Of a stretch of DNA of 64,000 nt, positions 39,977 through 52,865 are shown in pieces; within the stretch, counting starts at the first letter, position 1, and every line of letters begins with the position of its first letter. Both the position numbers and the translations under genes were made by a program. Origin of the DNA: Yuukianura sp. NJ FZ-2021 (Eukaryota); assembly GCA_046563655.1 (NCBI GenBank), contig CM102285.1, positions 14,198,001 to 14,262,000 of the forward strand, read 5' to 3'. Under the pieces are notes generated by a model. The model had not been told where the DNA came from, made no database searches, and saw only the letters and a list, made by a program, of their open reading frames with translations.

Positions 39977-40759
39977 CTACTTCTTCTTCTGTTCGTCTTC
40001 TGAATGTTCTTCCTGTTCAAACTCCTTTTCAATCAGTTGCTTTGCCTCTTTCACACTGCTGAACTCCTTGTAATGCTGGCGTCTGGCATCTCTAAAACCC
40101 GCGGTTTCTAAAACCATAATTAACAATTAATCACAATTAATCACTAATTACTATTCGATTAATTAACATATTGTTAAGTGTTAAAGCATCAATACCGGGA
40201 GCTGCTTCATCTACCGGTATCGGCTTCTCCAAGTCGTTTCGTCCTTTGGCCAGCATGGTCAACCTTCAAATTTCAAAAAATTGGCAAATTATGTTTTCAA
40301 AAATTCTGAAAATTAATGAAAATTGTAAAAGTTTGTGGTGACTTGGTCAGAAGTTGATCTGCGTCGATTGAAGTTGGACTGGGAGGGATATCACGGTTGT
40401 ACGGTGTCTTGGGTTCGTCGATCTTCATGTTCCCGTAGTCTTTGTTTGCCGGGTGAAAAGTGTCCACGATATTCAGTTCGTCGAATTTGATCGTATGACG
40501 TTTCGGTTTCGTCCTAAATTCAAAATTTTTCAAAATCGGTTCCACTTTTTCGTGTCGTTCCGAATTCAAAACGAATTGCTAACTTTTCAGCAGGACTTGA
40601 AGCAGGAGGGGGCGGAGCGTGATGCGCATGTCGCTGACCTTGATTTTGACTTGCCCTCATGACCTCCACATCTTGCTTGAGGATGCCCCGGAGTCGAGCT
40701 TCGTGCCGAGCTGCGCTCTGCCGGTCACGGTCGGTTTTTCCCGGTTCTTGGTGAGCCAT
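39977..40759 (-). CDS. PPP1R2: Protein phosphatase 1 inhibitor-2 (IPP-2/PPP1R2) family protein; complement(join(39977..40107,40196..40263,40343..40513,40584..40759)), 181 aa
   Basis: SILK-type RGILK, core [31 protein letters not shown]-terminal [12 protein letters not shown]; introns in phase. Confidence 0.88.
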
Positions 40760-41582
40760 CTTGGTCACATGATCGTCATTCCATTAAAATTTTGAAAACG
40801 TTTTTGGAACGTTTTCGGTTTTTCAAGAATCGGCGGCAACGTGTGTGTGTGATGCATTTCGTTTTTTTTTAAATCCAGAAACCGTTTCGACGGAAACGGT
40901 GTGTTTGAACTAACTTTTCCTTTCGAACTTTTCCTGGAGAAATTAAAATTCAAAGAAATCAAAATTTTGAAAATTCGCACTTTTTTGAAAAATGAATTAC
41001 GAATAATTTACAGAGGTATGATTCTAATTAATGGTTTCAATTTACAGGTTTAAGAGAAGAAACATGAATGCTTAAGAAAACCTCCAACGAAGTTGTGGAT
41101 CTGAGGGACCCCCTGCAGCTTCAGATTTCAATTGTAATAATCCTCACTATTAAGAAAAGGGGACCCTTGAGGGCACAACAATAAGGGCCCCAACATTTCT
41201 GTTCAAAAACTTGTTAATTTTCAAACATTTCAATTTTCAAAAAGAGAATGAAAAGTTCTTAGACTTTTGGAATAATGGACAACAACAATTGAAATTTTGA
41301 AAGAAAAGGAAATGGACATGGAGCCAAAAACTTTCTTTTTTGAAATCCATTGTTTTCATGGAAGGTGTCAAACGCAGGAGGTCAAAATGTGTGACCTCTC
41401 TTTCAAAAAAAAAAGTTGAAATTTTGGAAAAATTAAAAATTTGACAAATTTTTCGAAACTCTGTTCAACCGACGGTCAAACAACTTAACTGGTTAATTTT
41501 TTTAAAAGTTGCTAAAACTTTTGACGCTGAAATTTTGAGTGGCGTTGAACTTTTTCAACGTTAATGTGATGCCTAATACGTC

Positions 41583-41690
41583 AGTTTCAACTGTGTTTTT
41601 TTTTAGTTTCAACTGTGTTTTTTTAGTTTCAACTGTGTTTTTTGTTTCAACGGTGTTTTTTCTGTTTTAGCGGTGTTTTTTGTTTGTAGC
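41583..41690. repeat. Minisatellite, ~20-bp unit (TTTCAACTGTGTTTTTTTAG), about 5 copies
   Basis: Directly visible tandem units between IPP-2 and Wnt1. Confidence 0.8.
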
Positions 41691-42543
41691 TGGAATGGCG
41701 GCAGTCGTTATCCTCTTGGATTATGTAACTTCCCAAGTTGCGATAATTTTTTGCGTCCATTGTCATAAAAGTTGGTTTTATGTAAGTGTAAAGCCAAAGG
41801 CGTTAGATAAAGCACAATCCGGTTAGTTTCTCCTTTGTTCCAAACTGTGCCGAAACAGTGTAATCCGCCTTCTTGCTAAGACGGGAGGCGTGGCCTAAGA
41901 CGTTATTCGGAGGCGGAGTCTGATTGGTCCAAAGTCCCGCCCCTTCATCTGTCTTCATCTTCTTCATCTTAGGCTTAATTCTCAAATGATCTTCAGAAGA
42001 TCTTGAGCTGCTCAACTTCCTCTGTGAAATACCGCCGTCCGCAGAAGTCTAATTCAAAGATTTTCACATTTTAGCGTCACGTGAAGTGTCCGGGCAAATT
42101 CTGACGCAGGCGCTGACGAAATCGCTGATTTTTACAGACGCAGACAGTGACGAAATTCCTGAAATTTTTTATTGTTGTTGCGACATCCTTCCGGATACGA
42201 CGTGTCAACAGGAAGAGCCAATCCCATGTTGACTTTGCAGAAAAATGTGAAAAATGGGCATAACAAGAGTCGTGCTTATTCAGTGCACATTTCCGGAGAC
42301 ACAGAGATTAGTACAAACTGAAGATTCAAGATAATTTTGGAAAATTTTGGTCCTAAATTTCAAAATTTGGCACAATGACGAACAGTTTAAAATGGTGGAC
42401 AACCCGTTCCAGATGGGTTGACTGTCTCGAGTACAACCGTGTCCACTGGACCGAACTTCAACCAAGTAGTTTTCTATCCAGTTTTGAATAATTTTGAAAT
42501 TGAAATTTTGAAATTCCGAAATTTTGAAATTGGTGAAAGTGGA

Positions 42544-45500
42544 ATGAAGGTTTTGCGAATTCTGTCTTCCTTTTGTCTCCTCTTTGGATCCACTTCAGTC
42601 CTCCTCGTCCCTATTCCACTGCAGTCTGGGGCCAGGAGTCCAAAGGGCAGAGGTCGCGGCAGTCGCTGGTGGTAAGTTGTTCAAAATTTTGATCAAAATT
42701 TCGAAAACATTTTACAAAAAGTTCAAAATTTCATCATTTCGGTTCATCGTTCAGTGAAACATGGCCAAATTGCGGCATATTCCTGAAAGACTATGTTGGT
42801 CCTTAAGGACCGATGAGGTGTAAGGCTAATGATGGACTTGAAATGAAAGCGGAACTTTTTGAAAAAGTGTTTGAACACGTTTTTAAGTGGTACTTTTTGA
42901 AAATAGGACATAAACATGAGGCTTAAGTTGGTCTTTGTCCATTATGAAGTCTCTCCAAAGGGCTCTCCATTTCTGTCATCTACACTTTGTTGTTATGAAA
43001 GCGGATTAAGCACAGGAATCCCTTACAGGGAGACTTAAGCTCACTTCAAAATTTTAAGTTCAAACTCAAAAACAGTCTTGAGACACTTAAGGGGTCACTT
43101 CATGAAAAACACTCCACTCTCTCAAGTACCCCCAATTTTCAAATTTTGTTTACCTGTAAACCCGCGTGAAAAAGTTTGGCGTCGAGCATACAACAAAAAA
43201 AATTCGAAATTCAGATTACCAAATGTGGTCAAGTCTCAAAAGTGTAACGTAATCATAAAATTTGCAATACCGTGCCAAAAATTTTGGTACCGCGGTACCA
43301 CAGTCTTTAAGAATTGGTACCGCGGTACCACTCTTTTAAAAATTGGTACCTCGGTGGAAACTTAATTTTTGAAAAGTGTCATGAAGTACTCCGTACCTTT
43401 TAAGTCCTCTCTTTTGTGAATGAAGTGCTTTCGCTTTCTTCCAGAAAGATCTTAAGGGCCCATGTCACTTATTCCCTTTGTTCGACGTTGGTCCTTTGCC
43501 AAATTTGAAAGAACAAAGTGCCCTTCAACACGCTCCAATACACTTTTTGAAACTTTTGTGTTCAAAATTTGGAAAACTGTTCATTTGAACAATTGTTCAC
43601 TTCATTGTGCCCATTGTTCGTGTTCTGGTGGGTCAATTGACCCGTTGACCTTTGTAATTGTGCTCATCAGTGTCATGGTTTCAGTGACTGACTGCTGACA
43701 GGGCATCACCGTTAGGTGTCACTTTCAGGGCATCAAAATGTTAGGCTAAACAATCTATTTTCAGTATGTTTTTGACTATGTTAACAATCGCATAACTTCT
43801 TGTTTACATTTGATTCAAATTAGGTCTTAGAATCTTTTAAGTTGGTTTTAATACCTGTGCTCTCGTTCGGAAGTTCGTTTCAAATTTTCTGGTGATTTTT
43901 GAGAGAAAGCGAAAGTAGGAGTCAAAACTGAGTGAAAATTTATGAAGCGATTTGTAAAATTTTTTGAGTTTGAATTTGTTTTTTTTTTTTTTGAATTTTT
44001 GATTTGTGTTGTCGCTACTTTTGTTGTAGTACTTTTTTCTCTTACTTGCTATTAATTCCAGTCCCTTTTCTAATTTCACTGCTTTAGTTAGAATTTTTTT
44101 TTTGCTGTCTTTGCTGTTGCTTTTTTTCCGGTTGCTGTTTTTGCCTTGATTTGGTTGATTCCAGTTTCTCTTGTGAAATTGTGCCGAAACTGTCCCACCC
44201 GTTCATTTCCGCTTTTGTTTAGAATTTGTTGTTCATGTTTGACGTTTTTTTTGCTGTCTTTGCTGTTGTTGTTTTTTGCCTTGGTAGATTCCAGTTTCTT
44301 TGAAATTGTGCCGCAGTTGTGTATAGTTTATTTGGTGCTGTGAATAATTAGTTGATCGGATGTGAATTAATTGGAGAGATCCATTAGGCCTGAGATTGTT
44401 TGATGGTTGTGATGATAAAGGAGGGCAGAAGATGAGGGATGGTGATCTGTGAGGAATGTGTGCTCGGTGGACACAAAGTTCTGGAAGAGAACATGGGAAG
44501 CGCATCATCATCATCAGATCAGACAAAGTCCGGAATCCTCTTAGAATTTACAATGTAGAAGGTGATCTGTGGGAACCTTCTTCCTCCCTGTCATTTGTAT
44601 CCTTCAAGGACTCCAGCTTCGGAGGTCCACTAATCAATTACAACCTAAAACTTAAACCATCAACAACTATCCACTCAACAACAATTTGTCCACACAAACT
44701 ACTTTGACTAGTATGACCTTTGACCTCTTACGTTTCATAAACTGCAAACTTTCAAGCTAAAGCTTCTATGCCAAAACGCCGAACAATTCAAAAAACATTT
44801 CTGTCATTTTCTTAAAACTTCGATGAAACTCCTAGTTTTGCAACTGCAATTTCGACGATAGTGTTTGATTATAACCGTTGAGCGCGAATTTTCAAAATTT
44901 TGGATTTCAAAACTTTGACCTTTGACCTCTTACAGTTCATTACTAATCTTCATGATCAAATACTTCTGTGCCAAAACGCCGTATAATTCAAAAATTTTTA
45001 CTGTCTTTGGAAATCTTTGTGTTTTTGCTAGTTCCAAAATCCCAATGGAAATGGAAAGGTTGATTACCGTTGGCGTTGAGGGCGAGGGTGCATTTTCAAA
45101 ATTTTGGTTTTCAAAATATTTTTCAAATTTTGATTTTTCAGGGGCATTGCTCGTGTGGGTGAACCGACAAATTTGGTACAAAATACAATTCGGGGACTCG
45201 GCACGGGATTGGCTGGAACTTACATGGAACCAGCAGTACAAGGCGTTTTGCGTAAAAAGCAAGAGCGATTAGTGCGTGAAAATCGTGGTGTGCTGGAATC
45301 AATTGCCCGTGGAGCTGCTGATGCTATTCAAGAGTGCAAGTATCAGTTTAGAAATCGACGGTGGAACTGCCCCACCAAACCATTTTGGCGGGGCAAAAAC
45401 GTTTTTGGAAAAATCGTCGAGCGGGGTGAGTTTTCAGAACTTTTACTTTTTGCAACTTTCTCTTTTTTCTCAAACTTTGTACTTTCTCTCTCACTGCAAA

Positions 45501-48500
45501 GTCAAAATTCGGCAAAATACTGCTGTTTCGGAGTTTTTTGAATTCTTTTTTTTCAAAAAATGTCGTTTTTTGAAAATTCAAGTTCAAGATTAGTTTTTTG
45601 ATTGATGCGTTGGATTCATTCATGGCCACCGACGACGACAAGTCAGTGTCGGCTCTCAACAGAAAAAGAGAGAACGATGACAACATTTTAAAAAGTTAAA
45701 GTTTCCTGGTTCTTGTAACCTGGAGGCATAAATCAGTTAGGAGGCTTAGACCATAAGTGTCTGCCGTAATTCAACCACAGAAAAAAAAGTTGGTTGCATT
45801 ACGGCCAACTGCAGTTTTTGTACTCAAAGATTAGGATTATGGACCAGAGATGCTGGAGGGAAGATCATTTTCATTATGAACCACAAAAATCCTGTTTCCA
45901 TTTAAAAGAATTTGAGCAACGTGCGGCTTCTTGAAAGCTTCTCCTGTCAACGTCATTGTTCTCTCGCCATAAGATGACTTTACCAAATTTCAAAAATTTA
46001 AATTCAAAATTGATTTTTTTATGCATTTTTTGAAATGTACAGTATGATTCATAATAGTATGTCCATAAAAACCAGAAAGTTATGATTTTTTCGTGCAAAA
46101 AGGGGGAGGAGGAATTCCGCCTTTCATTCACAGCCGGTAAAATTAATTACAAACCACATGCAACATGGATTTGTCATGAATTTTCAACCTAACAATTAAA
46201 TTTTCCAAGAAAAAGTTAATGTAAACAGAGTAATTAATTTTAATTAATTAAGTTATAACTAATAATTAATGATTTTGATCCAAACTTAATTGAAAAGAGG
46301 TCAAAAAGTTATTTGATTGATGGAAATCACAGAGGGAGAGAATTTGAAAGTGAGTGGATTTGAGTCTAGTGGTTAGTGCTTCAACCCTTACACCTTGGGT
46401 GGGGGTTCGATTCCCACACTGTCGACCTCTTTTTTTTCTTTCCTAGCTTTTTTCGTAATGAAGTTATGAATCTACGTAGAACGTCATGGACCATTGCGTG
46501 ATGAAAGTCGTTTGCATTGATTAAAATCCATTGAAATTGTTCGTGCTTTACCTGTTGTGCTGTGTTAAGGGCCACCCGCCCAGCTAACAAATACTTTTTC
46601 CTCATCTCCTTTTGGAAGATCTTGAGAGATTCATAACTCTTGGGCAAATGACTAATTTGGAACAAGATGAAACTTACAAAGAATTTTTTTTTTGAACTTT
46701 TTGTGTACTTGTAAAACTCATTTATAAAAAAAACTGGAAAGAGTGCAATGAATTTTATAAATTGAGGACAACGAACTTGAATTTTGGAATCTTGTCAACA
46801 TTTTCATCTCACAAATTCCAATCTCCAAGAAAAAGTATTCTCCTCATGATTACAAATCACTCTAAGTCTGACATCACCTCAACATCATTTACCTCCACAC
46901 TTTTACAATTTTACATTTTTACAATTTTACACTTTTACATGTTACAATTTACGCATCCGTAAATGAAATTCAACAATTTTTTGAATTTGAAGCTTTTACT
47001 CCCGAAAAAATCTGAAACTTTTGAAATTTTCTGTTTAAATGAAAATACTTTCAGTAAAATTTTGAGTTTTTGAATTTTGAAATCTTTGATGTTGTCGTGA
47101 TGCTTGGAAGTAGAAAAAGGGGCGGAGCTACGGGAGAGGTCACAGGGTCTGTTCCTAAATCAGATCCATAAATCAAGGGCCCAGGTCCCTTAAAACCTGA
47201 ATTTGTGTTAGAATGTGGTTGGATCTCTCTTCGTTGAGGTCTTTATGACCATTCTCTCCCAGGTCACAAATCTCCTGTGACGAAGGTGCAGAAAAGCCAC
47301 CTCGAAATGAATTATGATCCTACAAAAGTAAAAGTACCTCCAAAGAACATCTTAATACGAGGGATAATGTTTCAATTAAGCCTCAGATTAAGGGCCCCTT
47401 ACATTTCCTATTGTGGTAACCACCAGTAACTAATGTATGGTTACCAGAAAAGATCTTTTGATGGTTACTCTTTTTAGTGGTTACTTGCTAATGATTTTAC
47501 TTGGGAGAGAAAGCCACCCGCAGAGCCTTTGAGTTGAATATGACGCAGCGGATTTGATTGTAACTTGGGTTCAATTATTGAGTACATTGACAGTTGGAAA
47601 TATTAGCACAAGGGATTAGGATTCAGAGTGTTACGGTGTTACAGTGTTTTACAAGGGTGTTACATGGGTGTTACAGTGTTTTTCAATGGTGTTACATGGG
47701 TGTTTCAGTGTTACAACGGTGTTTTACAGTGTTACAATTCAAGAGAAACTTCCAGTGTGGGAATCCCTTTGAAAATGTTGCCAATAATGGAACAACTCCT
47801 TTTTTTTCTTCAACAATAGAATACAAGCCACTTTTTCAAAAATTTCAAAAGGTTTTTCTAAAAAGAAGCTGTATTAGTTTTTTTTTTCAAAAAGGAGTGT
47901 TCAGAAACCAAAATTTATGAAATTGGAAACTTCCGACTCACTGCACGCTTCAACTTTTCAACCAATTCACAGCCATTCAAAAAAGTTGGAAGTTTTTTTA
48001 AAAACTGGAAGTTTTAAAGAGTTCAGGTAAAAAATTACCCGAAGCAAGAATTCAAGATTTTTAAAACGAAATTTTTTCCTAAAATTTTTAGAAAATTTTT
48101 AAATTTTCAAAATATTTTTTACTTTCCGCCATTCAGAAAATTTTTGACGAAAATTTCCTGCAAAACGTCTGGAAACTCCCGGACGGCGTTGATCTTCAAC
48201 ATTTTTTTTTAGTTTTTGAATGTGGGAAAAAACAAGAAGTTTTTCAGAATTCAGACTTTGATTTCTTTTTAGTGGAGGGATTAGGGACTTTTAAGGTGGA
48301 AATTAGCAGTGTGGCGGTTGGGATTTGGGAAATTCTTTTGTTGAACCACGCTGTACATTGTTGAACGTGGTGTACATACATGTATTTTTGTAAAGGTGTT
48401 TTGATGAGTTGGGTGGTACTTGGGACAGGATGTACTCGTGGTGGTGGTAAATCCTTGATCCCAAAAACTTAACAACAATGTTCTCCTTACAACAATTTCA

Positions 48501-50756
48501 ACCAGAATGTTTTCTTGTTCCAAAACTATTACTTTTTTGTTGTTGCGTGCCTTTCTTTTGAAACACTGAGTACAAAAAAGTACGGAGTGTTTCAAAAGAA
48601 AGGATTAACAGCTTTTGCAACTCACCTTTCAATTCAATCTTCATGTCCAAAGTAAAAGTTCCATTCATGTAATCCAACAAGGCATTAAGACACACACAAC
48701 GTTACAACAAAACTGACACAATGCAACAATGGCCACAACAATTTAGGCCAACGTTGCATTCATGGTCAGTCATCCTTGTCTTCACTGCTGTAGTTGACCC
48801 CTCTTTCAACACATTTGACCTTTCTGCACAAATTTTAATTTTCAATTCAGAATTTGTCGCAATTTTGAAAAATTTTCTTCTAATGTGTGGGAGAAAAAAT
48901 TACCTAAAGGAACTGAATCCTCAGAAAGATGCCCATATTCCAGTTATTTTTTGAAAGGTGTTAAAAAGTGAAAATACGTTTGAGGAGAAAGTTTTCAAAA
49001 TTTTAGAGAAACTTTTTGTGGAAAACTTGAAACTTGATTTTTTTGTACTAATTTTTAGGTTGCAGAGAAACTTCTTTTGTGTATGCAATGACGAGTGCTG
49101 CTTTGACGCATGCTGTGGTGAAAGCATGTAGTGAAGGGACAATTGAATCCTGTACATGTGACTACCGTTTACATAGCAAATACAGTCGAATTGCCAGTTT
49201 GGGAGGCACTGGGGGGCTGGACCAGAGCTGGAAGTGGGGGTCATGCTCAGGTCAGCATGTTTATCTTAATATATTTATAATTTTGTAATTAAATAACTTG
49301 TTAATTGGAATAAATTGTAATTTAATAAATTAAGTTATTAATTAAATATTTTTGACAGATAACATTGAATTTGGATACAAATTCTCCAGGGACTTTGTAG
49401 ACGCGGGAGAAAGAGCAAGAGATCTACGCGGTTCTGTCAATTTGCACAACAACGAAGCAGGGCGTGTTGTAAGTTCTATTTAAAAACAATAACCAATTTT
49501 TCGAAAAAACAAACAAACAAACAAACAAAAAACTCCAAAATTAAAATAACATAACTTTTTTTTGAATGCAAATAGAAAAAGAAAGGATAAATCAAATCAT
49601 GAATCGGTAACGGAATGGCTTACTTCTATAACTTTCATAAAAATTTTGAATTCTAAACTTGTAAAATCTTTTTCCTCTGAAAGGTGTTAGTCCATTACAG
49701 TATCGGAAAAGTTGTTGTACGAAATTTAAAACAGTTTTTTTTTAAAGTGACATAAGCACGTGCTTGTTACAAATTTTAAAAAAGTCGGTTTTAAAAAAGC
49801 ATCTGCCGCCATTTCATTCAAGGATTTTGAAGTAAAGAGGATTTAGAGCCCGCTTTTCTCTCTTTTGAACATAATGGGCCAGATGCATTGCACACCAACA
49901 CTACTCTCAACATTTTTTTTTTCAAAAAGGTACAATTTCAACTTTTTTTTAAAAAAAAACACTTTTTTTTTTAAAAAAGAGAGATCAAATGTCAAAGCAA
50001 ACTTTTTAAAAAAGATGCAGTTGGTCCTTGTTCATCTTTGCTCTCAAGAGTTAATGCACCTTTAAATCTTAAGGGTACCAACGCCCTTCCGCTTGACAAA
50101 ATCACTCAAATGAAACTTTTAAATTGTTAAGGGCCCAGGGCCCTTAACCCACTGCAGATACATTGTGAGCACAAAGTCATTGTCTGCGCATGCGTACTTG
50201 CATAATTTTTGCCCTTGACTAATGTGTTTCATGTCCATTTTAGCACGTCCAAGCCCTGATGCGTCGACAGTGCAAGTGCCACGGCATGTCCGGTTCCTGC
50301 ACAATGAAAACATGCTGGATGCGCCTTCCGCACTTGCGCGAAGTGAGTAACGCCCTTAAGGACCAATTCGACGGAGCTTCAAGGGTACTTATGAGCAATG
50401 CCGGGAGTCTAAGGGACGTGCACCAGCGTGACCTTGGGCGAAAGGTCAAGTACAAAGGTCAACTGAAACCGTATAACCCTGAGCACAAGGCTCCTTCCAA
50501 GAGGGACTTGGTCTTCTTTGAAGATTCTCCGAACTTTTGTGAACGTGATAGACGCTATGGACTGAGCGGAACTTCTGGAAGACCTTGTAACGTTAGTTCC
50601 ATGGGAGTAGATGGGTGTGACCTTATGTGTTGTGGCAGAGGTCACCAGGTCACGATCCAAAAGGTCACGACGAGGTGCAACTGTCTGTTCAAATGGTGTT
50701 GTGAAGTGCAGTGTCAAAATTGTACATTTACTCAAGCATTCTACAGTTGCAAGTGA
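42544..50756 (+). CDS. wg: Wnt1/wingless; join(42544..42671,45142..45425,49059..49250,49359..49468,50244..50756), 408 aa
   Basis: Signal peptide then Wg-type [69 protein letters not shown] with the acylated Ser; Wg-specific [12 protein letters not shown]; Cys-rich C-terminus. All junctions GT-AG and in phase. Confidence 0.95.
43280..43360. repeat. ~30-bp tandem repeat, 3 copies, with palindromic core TGGTACCGCGGTACCA
   Basis: Directly visible in Wnt1 intron 1. Confidence 0.75.
44095..44315. repeat. Diverged direct repeat of ~70-90 bp in Wnt1 intron 1
   Basis: TTTTTGCTGTCTTTGCTGTTG...GATTCCAGTTTCT...TGAAATTGTGCCG occurs twice. Confidence 0.7.
44715..45116. repeat. Diverged ~200-bp tandem duplication just before Wnt1 exon 2
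   Basis: Both units begin TGACCTTTGACCTCTTAC, share CTTCT.TGCCAAAACGCCG.A.AATTCAAAAA and end TTTTCAAAATTTTGG.TTTCAAAA. Confidence 0.75.
46361..46430 (+). repeat. tRNA-derived SINE head or tRNA pseudogene in Wnt1 intron 2
   Basis: A-box-like GTCTAGTGGTTAG and B-box GGTTCGATTCC at tRNA-like spacing; no proper acceptor stem. Confidence 0.5.
47625..47740. repeat. Degenerate GTGTTACA minisatellite
   Basis: Directly visible in Wnt1 intron 2. Confidence 0.75.
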
Positions 50757-51772
50757 AGAAATTTCCAACTTTTATGAAAATCTGGTGCCAACTTTCTCTG
50801 TAAAAGAAAACTCAAACTGTTTGCAAATTTTTCGATCGAAAAGTTTAAAAATCCAAAAGCCTCCAGAAGCTATTCCGAAAAAAAATAGAAAACTGAAATG
50901 TCAAAATTTTGCTGAAAATTCCGCAAACCATCCTTGAGGACCGAAACGACGAATTTGAAAAAACGGAAAATCGAAATTTCAAAATTTTGAAGAAACAAAA
51001 CACCCACCAAAATTCCAAAGACTGTGACTACAAGGCGGTAACAAAATTTTGAAATTTGTTATCAAATTGAAAAAATATTTCTCAAGTTACGAAATTTTCT
51101 TTCAATCCCGTGTAAAATTTGGTCAGTTTCGTAGTTTTTCTTTAAGTTTTGGAATTTTGAAAAAAGAAATTTAGTTTCAATTTCAAACTAAACTAAACCT
51201 ATTTCCGTCCAAGAGCTTCATAAATTGTTTATAGGCAATAATTTTTGTAACAAGGAAAGAGTTTTTGAAAAATTTAATTTTTTTGAACTTTTTAAGATTT
51301 TGAGAGTAGAATTTATGTAAAAGTCTGAAGATGTATGTTGGTGGGGAGGTTTAAGTAAATTTTAAGTGGAGAAGGAAGTGAGTGTATGTCTTACTTAAGA
51401 AACTGAAACTGTAATTTAGAACTCAAATGTAAATCCTTCATGAGTCAGCAATACCTCAACGAAAATAAAAAGGGAGGCCTTAAGTACCCCCGGGAATTTC
51501 AAAAAATCAAAATTTCAAAAGCCTCCCTCACCAGAAGTCTTCCTGACATCTCCATTATGTTCCATTTAACGATGATTACTTTCCGTTTTACGATCAAGGT
51601 ACAACACTTTATTTTTTGCACAAAAAAATTTAGTTGAAAAAAATTTCAAAAAAAAATTTCCACGCTCATCTCTTCATTTCATCTTCATCTTTTTCAACAT
51701 TTTTACGACTCAAGACAGTCCAGGAGTCACACTCACTCAAAAATTTATTACAGTCATCACGTTTTCACAAAA

Positions 51773-51891
51773 GGAGCCCTTAAGTTTCAAATTTTGTCAA
51801 AAACGGGCCCTTAAGCTGCAAATTTTGTCAAAAACGGGCCCTTAAGCTGCAAATTTTGCCAAGAATTGGCCCCTGAGCTGCAAATTTTGTC
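51773..51891. repeat. 31-bp tandem repeat, about 4 copies (GGGCCCTTAAGCTGCAAATTTTGTCAAAAAC), between Wnt1 and Wnt6
   Basis: Directly visible. Confidence 0.85.
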
Positions 51892-52758
51892 GTTTTCACA
51901 GATTTTTTGGAAGGTTGGACACTTACAACAACTTTTATTTAAAAAAAGTTAACGCGCGGTTTTTTGAAGTTCAAACTTGAGTGACCTCCCGGGGTCAATC
52001 TAAGGAGGGCGTAATAACTCACGCTCCGCAGTCGGGAGCCCTTCGCTGAACTCGTCAGAGCCCTTGGACCTCCCTGGACATGATGTCCAGGGGTCCTTAA
52101 GGGGTCGGAAGTCACCTGTACGTCCAGAAAGTTGTGGAACCTGGGCATGCGTATTGGTTCAAGCTCATTTGTTAACATGTTGAGTATTTATGGGGTTGAA
52201 GTGTACACAAGGGGGCCCTTGAAGGGCTCCAAAAGCGCCTTTTGTGTCATCTTCAATAAAGTCTTTTAAAAAAGTCTGTTTGAAGAGCACTTGAAGTCAA
52301 TTTGAAAAGTATTTGAAAACGCTCTTCGGAAGGAGCTAATTGCTCAATGAGAAACACAAACAGAGAGATCATGAGAAAAGCTATTTTTAGAAATGCATCT
52401 TTTTATTTACATAAAAATTATACAAGAGTAAGCATAACAGTTGCGGCACTTTTGTTTTTAACAAAAAAGTCAAAATTTCAAAATTTTGGAACTTTCAAAA
52501 TTTGAAGTCTTCTTGGAGAGGGGCGGGGCGGGAGGAGACGCTCCAGAATTTTATGACGGAGCAATTTGGACTTTCAATTTTGAGTTTTTAGGGCGGGCAA
52601 AAGTGGAGGCGTTTAGGAACATAATGGGAAATTTTTCAGTGATTTATGACGTCGGAGGTGTTTTTCAAAAAACCAAATTTTTTTTTGAAGTTTTTCCAAA
52701 ATTGGCACGACGGTGGGAGTTGCATGTTGAGCACATGGCTATTTTGGCATGGAATCAC

Positions 52759-52852
52759 ACTGCTTCTGCGCAGAACTCAGGAAATCCTGCTTCATCTGTG
52801 CAGAACTCAGGATGATGCTGCTTCTGCGCAGACCACTTTTCGGTTTTCTGCG
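52759..52852. repeat. ~30-bp tandem repeat, about 3 copies (CTGCTTCTGCGCAGAACTCAGGA), in the presumptive Wnt6 3' UTR
   Basis: Directly visible just past the Wnt6 stop codon. Confidence 0.7.
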
Positions 52853-52865
52853 CATGTCGAAGTTG

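Noticed and set aside
43280..43360. Palindromic ~30-bp repeats (also 51773-51891 and 32264-32435) as a possible CRISPR array
   Set aside because: Units are contiguous with no unique spacers, there are no cas genes, and the context is eukaryotic.
46361..46430. Functional tRNA gene
   Set aside because: A- and B-boxes are present, but I could not fold an acceptor stem or a regular anticodon arm. Kept only as SINE-like.
51441..51447. AP-1 site TGAGTCA between Wnt1 and Wnt6, recalling the Drosophila wg/Wnt6 damage-responsive enhancer
   Set aside because: A single heptamer that also occurs at several unrelated places in the window, so there is no enrichment.
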